Assembly: GCA_043719295.1 (NCBI GenBank)
Contig: JAYSUD010000007.1
Coordinates: 891 to 64,890, forward strand
From: a bacterium
GTDB lineage: Bacteria > Patescibacteriota > Minisyncoccia > Phycocordibacterales > UBA918
Length of the DNA: 64,000 nt
Direction of reading: 5' to 3'
The translations under genes and the position numbers were made by a program. The notes beneath the pieces were generated by a model that saw nothing but the letters and a program-made list of their open reading frames with translations, made no database searches and was not told the DNA's origin. Each line of letters begins with the position of its first letter. The first letter of the stretch is position 1. Shown here in pieces: positions 57,422 through 64,000 of the stretch.

Positions 57422-58471
57422 TTATCCAGTCCAATGGAAGGCCATAATACTAAAATCTACAAGATTTATTTTTCCATCGCCGTTAAGATGATTTGTCTCA
57501 CGAATTAAAAAGGATGGATTTAGGGGACGCTGATACCAAAATGCAACAATGGAAAAATCAACTAAGTTTACTCTACAATCTCCATTTAAGTCAGCCTTAG
57601 AAGAACACGTTGGTGGCGTGTTGTTGTATACGTTTTTTGTACCAACTTCAAAAGGATATACTGCACTTTGCGAAGAAATAACAGATTCCAAAGAAGCACG
57701 TGATTTAGCTGTATGTGACCCAAGTTCCAATACTGAAGAATCAAAGCTATGCAAATAGACACCATCTGTATCTGAAGTAGCCTTCACAAAATGCTGTAAC
57801 TCTGAATTTACTTCAATGGTGATTGCTGAAAAAGGAGTACTCTGTCCAAAAAGTACAATGGGCTCACCCTTTTTTACTTCAGTTTTATCACCGGTTAACG
57901 TTGGAGACACAAAAATACTTTCAATTTTTGTCACTACGTTTTTACTTACTGATATTGGAAATGTCAAAAGAGTCGATCGTACTCCTTTACTATCTTCACT
58001 GTAGATGGAAAAAATATACGTACCGGCACTTAAACCTTTTATCAAAACTTGAAACGTTGCATTTTCATCAGCAATAGTTGTTGCTACTACTTGTGCATCT
58101 TTTAAGATTGTAACTTCACTTTTAGGGTATGCGCGACCCTTAAGAACAACTTGTGCCCCCTTAGGAGTACTCCCGCCACTTCCCCCACCCCCACCTGAAG
58201 GTGGTGGCGTAAAAATGCAGGACGTTGTATCTAACAGACATGATGATGTACATGACAAGGTTCCTGAAGTAAATCCCTCTAAAGTACAAGAAGACCCCCC
58301 TAAGTCGGGTCCATCACACTCTTCCGGGCTTTCAATGATGTAATCTCCACATCCTTCAACAATTGCTTCTATAGCAACTGTAGAACTTCCAACTCCCTGA
58401 GCATTTGAATATTGAACTACTATAAAACTTACACAAAGTGATACAAGTATAATGACAGAAGGAGCTTTCAT
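57422..58471 (-). CDS. Secreted protein with N-terminal Cys-rich (Myxococcus-type CxDG…EECDG) repeat, Gly-rich linker, Ig-like domains and C-terminal type I dockerin (two Ca-binding repeats)
   Basis: C-terminus …ADLNGDCRVNLVDFSIVAFWYQRP…NHLNGDGKINLVDFSIMAFHW = duplicated DxNxDGxVNxxD dockerin repeats; N-term EGCGDYIIESPEECDGPDL. Confidence 0.65.
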   Translation of the reverse strand: MKAPSVIILVSLCVSFIVVQYSNAQGVGSSTVAIEAIVEGCGDYIIESPEECDGPDLGGSSCTLEGFTSGTLSCTSSCLLDTTSCIFTPPPSGGGGGSGGSTPKGAQVVLKGRAYPKSEVTILKDAQVVATTIADENATFQVLIKGLSAGTYIFSIYSEDSKGVRSTLLTFPISVSKNVVTKIESIFVSPTLTGDKTEVKKGEPIVLFGQSTPFSAITIEVNSELQHFVKATSDTDGVYLHSFDSSVLELGSHTAKSRASLESVISSQSAVYPFEVGTKNVYNNTPPTCSSKADLNGDCRVNLVDFSIVAFWYQRPLNPSFLIRETNHLNGDGKINLVDFSIMAFHWTG

Positions 58472-58477
58472 TACACA

Positions 58478-59434
58478 TTATTTGTTTGATTTACTTTTTG
58501 AAATAATCCAAGAATTGTATTTCCGGAGACCAAGATAGAGACCCGCAAGAATCACTGCAGAAATTACTAATAACTGCCAAGGAATCAGTACAAAGCGATA
58601 TACGTCAGTAGCAACTTGATTTGTGGCACCATAGGTAACTTTTATGTGTGCACTATAGAGACCAAAGTGAAAATCTGAAAATTGTTCCTTTGCGGTTGCA
58701 AAAAAACTATCTGTTGAAGTAGCAACTACTGTTTGCCCCCACACTGATTCAAATTTGCGTGTGCTATTTGGCAACACACTCCCTTCGTTTACGTTTGCAG
58801 CAAATGTTGTAGCAACTCCTCCAAAAGTGTTTTTAATGGTTATGTCACCAAGTGGTACAACCCGGTCTCCTCCACTATTTGAAAAGCGATACGAAAAAGA
58901 AATAGGAAGTTCAGAAAATATGCGCCCACCATTATTTGCAGCGTACTCACTCAAGCCAGCACTTTCGACAATATCACCTGAGACTCGAAGGAGTATCAGG
59001 ATTCCTAGCTTTCCACCAATTGAAACTTCCCCAGCTTCTTGAGATGCTGGATCTTGTTCTCCTAAGAAAACAGCCGCGAAGTAACCTCCTGGTTCAGCGT
59101 CTTTGGGGATAGTAATTGTATAGGGTACTATTGTTTTCTGTCCTGGTTCTAGTGTCACTTGGTTTTGTGCTCGTAGCCAAGTAGCAAGCCCGTCTGTAGC
59201 GCCTATAAAACGAGGTGAGCCGGTATCTCCCGCAGGCTCGAAATTTTCAAATGAAGTAAAAAGTAGCTTTGGTATGTTCTGCTCATTAATAAGCTCAATT
59301 TCACCTCGAAGTGTCTGCCCTGCGTCTCCTGTAACCTCAACTTTAACTGGTGAAGCAGTAAGTGCAAATGCTTGGCTTGCAGAGAAAAAAAGCGTTATTG
59401 CCAATCCCAACATCACTAACCGAGTTAATTTCAT
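58478..59434 (-). CDS. Cell-surface protein with signal peptide, beta-sandwich ectodomain and C-terminal TM anchor + Lys-rich tail (DUF916-like?)
   Basis: Signal peptide LGLAITLFFSASQAFA; C-terminal WQLLVISAVILAGLYLGLRKYNSWIISKSKSNK. Confidence 0.4.
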   Translation of the reverse strand: MKLTRLVMLGLAITLFFSASQAFALTASPVKVEVTGDAGQTLRGEIELINEQNIPKLLFTSFENFEPAGDTGSPRFIGATDGLATWLRAQNQVTLEPGQKTIVPYTITIPKDAEPGGYFAAVFLGEQDPASQEAGEVSIGGKLGILILLRVSGDIVESAGLSEYAANNGGRIFSELPISFSYRFSNSGGDRVVPLGDITIKNTFGGVATTFAANVNEGSVLPNSTRKFESVWGQTVVATSTDSFFATAKEQFSDFHFGLYSAHIKVTYGATNQVATDVYRFVLIPWQLLVISAVILAGLYLGLRKYNSWIISKSKSNK

Positions 59435-59472
59435 TTGTGGCTATAATACTCCATATTTTTGCCTGTGCAACT

Positions 59473-60540
59473 TTAAAAGTTTGCAGTAGCCACGTAGGTC
59501 AAGGTTGATGTGTATGCACCTGCTTCAGTGTTTGAAGTAATGTTTGCAATGTATCTTGCTGAATAGGTTGTGTTTGCTGACGCTCCTGCTGCAGAAGCGA
59601 TTTGGTCAGGGAATGCTGCACTATCAAACGCAAATCCAGCAGCTGCATACGGCACAGCAACAGTTCCAGAACCTCCTGAAGCTGACATACGAACACCAAA
59701 CTGTTCTGTTCCAATACTTGACGCTGTGTTAGCCGCACCTATTGCAGTAATAGTGTTAGCGCCTGAAGTAAGTGTGTTTCCTGCAAGACTCATAGAATAC
59801 CCACTTGCAGCATTGGTCCCCACAATAACGTTATGGGCCTCAACTTCTGTAGCTTGTCCTGAAGCAGTTCCAGATGCAAATCGCGCAGCTCCTGAACCAA
59901 GTGAACCAAAAGAAATAGTGTTATCAGAAATACTAAACGTAATTGATTGAGGCACCGTAGCGGTGATGGCAACCTGGCTGTTTGTTAAGATATTGTTTGT
60001 GATGTCTCCTGTATCACCAAAGGTTCCTGAAACGGTCATTGTATATGAACCAGGTGTAGTTGGGTTAATTGAGTTTGTCCCGTTGTAGGTAATGATCATC
60101 TTATCATTTGCCGCAACAACAGCTGCACCTACGCCATCAGAAGGAGCAGTCAAGGTCAAAATCCGATTCTGTGTTCCTGAGAAAGCTGCTCCCCATGCAG
60201 AAGCACTTGGTGCTGCCGCTAGTGTTTCAGTGCTTTCAAGTCCCGTTGATGCACCATGGGTAAAAGTTACTGTACCAATAGTCTTACTTGTAAAGTTGTA
60301 GTCAGAAGGGAATGTAAGAATGATTGTATCTGTATTGTCTCCTGCACCGGTTGGTGTAACAAAACGAATAGCATGAGTTGATGTCGCGCTTATGGTCTGA
60401 TTTGACATTGTATCTGAAACTGCAGTTATCGACGCTGCATACGCAAAATTAAACGAAAACAATGAGACAAGCATCGCAAACAGAAGTGCAAAACTCGTTG
60501 CTTTCAAGGCTTGAGTATTAAAAATTAAAGATGCGGTCAT
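59473..60540 (-). CDS. Secreted Thr/Ser/Ala/Gly-rich beta-rich surface protein (putative fibre/adhesin subunit)
   Basis: Likely start MTASLIFNTQ… with signal peptide …SLFSFNFAYA|AS; low-complexity T/S/A/G-rich body; no catalytic motifs. Confidence 0.4.
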   Translation of the reverse strand: MTASLIFNTQALKATSFALLFAMLVSLFSFNFAYAASITAVSDTMSNQTISATSTHAIRFVTPTGAGDNTDTIILTFPSDYNFTSKTIGTVTFTHGASTGLESTETLAAAPSASAWGAAFSGTQNRILTLTAPSDGVGAAVVAANDKMIITYNGTNSINPTTPGSYTMTVSGTFGDTGDITNNILTNSQVAITATVPQSITFSISDNTISFGSLGSGAARFASGTASGQATEVEAHNVIVGTNAASGYSMSLAGNTLTSGANTITAIGAANTASSIGTEQFGVRMSASGGSGTVAVPYAAAGFAFDSAAFPDQIASAAGASANTTYSARYIANITSNTEAGAYTSTLTYVATANF

Positions 60541-60696
60541 GGTAAATAGTGTAAATAGAATTAAATAATGGAACGTGTAACGCACCGTGCACAAGACACA
60601 GCTGTAACTCCCTTTAGTATACCCCTAATTCACAACACAAATACGTCAGCCTGTGAAGAACTTTCAACGTTAAGCGGACCTTATTTTAAAAAGCTA

Positions 60697-61155
60697 TCAA
60701 AATTGTAGATATGTTGTAAACATAAACGGTACGTTGTTAACTTCATAATGCATATGTATCTGTGTTGGAACGTTTCCAAGAGTTGGAACCACCGTCATGT
60801 GCATTTCACTAAGTACGAACGCGTCTCCCGTAAGAACGACTTCATCACTTCCTGTCCTTTTAAAGTACACTTTTCCATCAAAGAAACGAATCGTAAGAGG
60901 ACTTTCTGAGTTCAAATCGGGTCGCGAAATTACTAGTGTATAGGGAGTAGACAGCGTTACTGCTGTGGCACCCTGAAGTGCCCAATGTATTTTCCTCTGT
61001 ATAAACATCCCTTCTTCTTGTATAGCGATATCAGTACGATTGTTTTCAAAACTCTGTAATAGCTCATAGACAGTAATGAGTGCACCTGTCATGAGTACAC
61101 CAAAAAGAGCAATATAGATAAGTGTCTCAAGTAATGTGAATCCGTGTTTGCTCAT
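60697..61155 (-). CDS. Type IV pilin/pseudopilin (prepilin-type N-terminal cleavage/methylation domain)
   Basis: N-terminus MSKHGFTLLETLIYIALFGVLM (G|FTLLE class III signal). Confidence 0.7.
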   Translation of the reverse strand: MSKHGFTLLETLIYIALFGVLMTGALITVYELLQSFENNRTDIAIQEEGMFIQRKIHWALQGATAVTLSTPYTLVISRPDLNSESPLTIRFFDGKVYFKRTGSDEVVLTGDAFVLSEMHMTVVPTLGNVPTQIHMHYEVNNVPFMFTTYLQF

Positions 61156-62288
61156 GGTGAATAAATGACCGTTAACTTTTGTGGCTGGTTTGCAAACTGA
61201 TTTATTGTGTACAAATAATCCGCACTATTGTCTATTCCTAATGGTGCTAGATGCGGAATATTCATAAATGATATTCTGCCTGCATTTATAAGACTCGTGC
61301 TCCAGGTGCTTTTGCTTGCATTCCAAATCTGGAATTCAAAACCGCTTTTACTTGTTCCGAGATACAAAAGCTGGCCCGAACCACCAAGTGAATGTACATC
61401 AGCACCCACTTCACTGGTGGCTTTAGGAGTCCCGACACCTTCAAGTAAAGACAAAATATCAAACATATAGAGCTCGTTACCTCCCCCACTCCTCCGACCA
61501 AGATACAGATCATTCCCTCTGAGATATAGACTTGATGCATCTTCACTCCCTGGCAAATTAAAACTTGCAACTTCAGTTGGAATATCATTGGTAACATCAT
61601 AGATACTTAGTTCCTTAAGTGCAGCACTTGTAGCTAGGTATATATAGCGGCGCATTGTACCCTCGACCATCTGCTCACGAACTACCATGTCGTTTACGGT
61701 ACGATTTAAATTAACTGAAGCTCCAACTATTTCACTGGTAATACTTGGAACGATGATATCAAATAGGTGAAATTCTGGACCTGCTGTTTCTCGCGTGGTG
61801 ACGTAAAGTCTATTACCGTAAACTTGAATCCGCCATCCTTGCGGAAACGAGCTGCCGATAGTGATACCATGTAACGTTTTTTGGAGGACAGGAATCGGTT
61901 CTTCTCCATCAGTGACGTCAACTATCGCGAGTTGGGAGGTAGATGCGTGTTGCATCATGTATGCATACGTCCTTCCTGTTTTTAAATCTCGAGCAACATC
62001 AATTGCGTTGATTCGTTTTCCATACACCGATGAAGTACCTATTAATATAGGATTTGTACCTACAATTGTTGGTGCGCTGTATATTGAAAGCTGAGGTGAA
62101 GATGATGAGGTTATGTATAGGTAATCCCCAAAGACATCAACTCCAGTTGAGAAAAGAGGAGGTACTATCTCTGAACCTGAAGTTTGAAGTGACCCCAAAA
62201 GCCAATTACCTCCAAGTTCTTTTACTCTGCAGTCCCCTCCTTTTGCAATAATTTCAGTTTGATTTGTGAGATACGTTGGCAACATCAT
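61152..62288 (-). CDS. Beta-propeller protein with LVIVD-like repeats, within pilus gene cluster
   Basis: Recurrent LAIVDVTDG / LSIYDVTND / LYMFDILS / FHLFDIIVP / LYVT / LYLG units. Confidence 0.45.
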   Translation of the reverse strand: MMLPTYLTNQTEIIAKGGDCRVKELGGNWLLGSLQTSGSEIVPPLFSTGVDVFGDYLYITSSSSPQLSIYSAPTIVGTNPILIGTSSVYGKRINAIDVARDLKTGRTYAYMMQHASTSQLAIVDVTDGEEPIPVLQKTLHGITIGSSFPQGWRIQVYGNRLYVTTRETAGPEFHLFDIIVPSITSEIVGASVNLNRTVNDMVVREQMVEGTMRRYIYLATSAALKELSIYDVTNDIPTEVASFNLPGSEDASSLYLRGNDLYLGRRSGGGNELYMFDILSLLEGVGTPKATSEVGADVHSLGGSGQLLYLGTSKSGFEFQIWNASKSTWSTSLINAGRISFMNIPHLAPLGIDNSADYLYTINQFANQPQKLTVIYSP

Positions 62289-62318
62289 GGAAGTGGTCGG
62301 ATATCGTTCTCCAATACG

Positions 62319-62657
62319 TCAGGAAACATTTGTCTCTGCATACTTAAAACAAGAAGAAATGTCTGTAACGGCGTGTTGTAAAAAATAACAAAGTCCCCCA
62401 AGAAGACAGAGCGTGTCAGCAACATCATCAAGAACAGCAAGTGTTTGAAGATCCGTACTTGAGGCACCTTGAAAGTCTTCTAAAGACGAGGCCACAAGAA
62501 GTTCACTTTGCATCTTTGTTTTGTACAATGCCTCTGTGCCGACTTGTGAAGTAATAACCCAGTACTGAGAAGAAATATTTGCCTCTACAGCTCCAACAAT
62601 AATGGTAACCATCAATGCTAACGCGATTACAATTTCAAGAGTACTAAATCCTCGCAT
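62319..62657 (-). CDS. Type IV pilin-like protein (prepilin N-terminal domain)
   Basis: MRGFSTLEIVIALALMVTIIVG (G|FSTLE). Confidence 0.7.
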   Translation of the reverse strand: MRGFSTLEIVIALALMVTIIVGAVEANISSQYWVITSQVGTEALYKTKMQSELLVASSLEDFQGASSTDLQTLAVLDDVADTLCLLGGLCYFLQHAVTDISSCFKYAETNVS

Positions 62658-62663
62658 AAAGTA

Positions 62664-63152
62664 TTAGCGATATATCGCGCCTTCATGATTAATAAAAACA
62701 CCTGTGGTTGCCATACGATTAGTATCTTCAAGGATAATCTGGCCATCGTATGAAGCATTGCCTGACAATTGTTCAAACACAATTTCATTTGGTGACACAC
62801 CATCTATTGTGACGTCATAAGAAGATGCTATGTACGTACGTGATGAGATATCAGAATTTGCCAATGTATGCCCTTCAAATACAACATACCCGCTATACCC
62901 ATTTGGATACAACGCTACACCGTGTTCACTTTGGTTCACATTATTAAGTGCCTTTGTTCTTGCAGTTTGAAGTACTGATATAAGACTATCGCGTTCAGAC
63001 AGAAATGCTGTTCTTTGATACGTATCCGCAGTAAAGAAAAGTGTCGAACCAAGAATCATACTCAAAAGTGTTAACACTACTAAAACTTCAATCAGCGTGA
63101 AGCCATCGTAACTTTTATTTTTGTCACTGGTGTAAGTTTTGCGTAATGCCAT
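62664..63152 (-). CDS. Type IV pilin/pseudopilin
   Basis: Likely start MALRKTYTSDKNKSYDGFTLIEVLVVLTLLSMILG (G|FTLIE); track ORF 62664..63224 has a longer implausible N-terminus. Confidence 0.65.
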   Translation of the reverse strand: MALRKTYTSDKNKSYDGFTLIEVLVVLTLLSMILGSTLFFTADTYQRTAFLSERDSLISVLQTARTKALNNVNQSEHGVALYPNGYSGYVVFEGHTLANSDISSRTYIASSYDVTIDGVSPNEIVFEQLSGNASYDGQIILEDTNRMATTGVFINHEGAIYR

Positions 63153-64000
63153 AAATGGGCGTAATAATCGAAACCGCGATAAACCCAACACATAAACCCA
63201 TAGTGAGCATGAGTATCGGCTCAAGGACGGTTGTTAAATTCTTGGTAGCGTCACGCATATCTGCCTCATATATTTCTGAGATATACTCAAGAGTTGGACC
63301 AAGGTTCCCCGTTAGTTCAGATGCCTTTATCATTTGTATACAAAGCGGAGGAAAAAGTCTCGTGTGCTTTTGAAGACGTGCTGAAAGTAGCTGACCTTGT
63401 ACAACCCCTTTTTGAGCATCTATAAGAACCTCTTTGTATACCAAGTTGTCAGAGCTTAAAGATGCTATGGTAAGTGCCTCAACAATCCACACTTCATGCT
63501 GTAGCAATAGTCCAAGTGTTCGCAACACGTTTGTAAGATTGTAGGACACGTGTAATCGACCAAAAATGGGAATCTTTAAAAGAGCAGAGTCCCGTGCATA
63601 TTTAAATGTGTTGTTTTTACATAACTGGGGATACACAACCACACAAAGGGCAATACTACCTAATAAAATATGCCAATACGATTTCAATAATTCACTTACT
63701 TCAATTACTATGCGAGTTGAAAGTGGTAGATCAATATGTAAGCTACTAAATATGGGAAGGATTTTCGGAAAAATGTATAAAATAAGAAAAAATGTAATAC
63801 CCAGAGTTGCGATAACAATTATTGCTGGGTACACCAATGCGCCAACAATTTGTTTGCGCAATTCTTGTTTTTTCTTGAGTTCTACTGTCACATATTCAAG
63901 ATTTAAAGGAAGCGTGCCTGAAGATTCTCCTACCCGCACCATATTGATACAAAAGACTCCAAAGCTTTTGGGGAACTTTTGCATCGCAAACGACAGTGTT
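63124..64000 (-). CDS. pilC: Type II secretion/type IV pilus assembly platform protein PilC/GspF family, partial (N-terminus beyond window end)
   Basis: GspF-domain blocks …GESSGTLPLNLEYV…, polytopic TM pattern, C-terminal …GFIAVSIITPIYGITQN…; ORF open to window edge. Confidence 0.8.
   Translation of the reverse strand, partial: TLSFAMQKFPKSFGVFCINMVRVGESSGTLPLNLEYVTVELKKKQELRKQIVGALVYPAIIVIATLGITFFLILYIFPKILPIFSSLHIDLPLSTRIVIEVSELLKSYWHILLGSIALCVVVYPQLCKNNTFKYARDSALLKIPIFGRLHVSYNLTNVLRTLGLLLQHEVWIVEALTIASLSSDNLVYKEVLIDAQKGVVQGQLLSARLQKHTRLFPPLCIQMIKASELTGNLGPTLEYISEIYEADMRDATKNLTTVLEPILMLTMGLCVGFIAVSIITPIYGITQNLHQ

Overview
This window is an AT-rich, gene-dense bacterial segment that is mostly coding, with about 80% of genes on the minus strand. 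The gene content resembles small-genome Patescibacteria/CPR-like bacteria, but that placement is an inference from the kinds of genes present. There are many secreted or surface proteins, type IV pilins, a sortase and glycan-active enzymes, and few biosynthetic genes.

Housekeeping genes: groES/groEL, typA(bipA), RNase J, secG, rsuA-like pseudouridine synthase, htpX, tRNA-Ser(GGA).

DNA repair: class II CPD photolyase, a MutY-like and an EndoIII-like HhH-GPD glycosylase (both with missing or degenerate Fe-S cysteines), a GIY-YIG nuclease and a DEDD-type exonuclease.

Envelope and glycan genes: a processive GT2 synthase, GT25, a frameshifted GtrA, a GH1 beta-glucosidase, a clan GH-A hydrolase, a family-5 substrate-binding protein, an MFS transporter and a LemA/DUF2207 pair.

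Right-hand surface locus: two cohesin-domain proteins, a dockerin protein, other surface proteins, three prepilins, an LVIVD propeller and PilC/GspF (truncated at the window edge).

Main observations:
(1) A minus-strand ORF longer than 1570 aa runs from 4731 to past position 1 and is absent from the supplied ORF track. It has a beta-propeller, a PKD domain and CBM/Ig-like repeats, and is translationally coupled to the GT2 synthase.
(2) Nine copies of a modular 100-200 bp intergenic repeat family (MITE-like); two copies have clear terminal inverted repeats and two genes are bracketed by copies.
(3) A tRNA-Ser-adjacent islet encoding an HNH-domain protein and a DinD-family protein.
(4) About 250 bp of GC-rich non-coding sequence (20690-20940) of unknown nature.
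(5) A divergent cluster of three ATP-grasp ligases.
(6) A cohesin-dockerin module next to the pilus genes.

No CRISPR array, rRNA, integrase or transposase was found. All calls come from reading the sequence and recalling motifs; no database searches were possible.
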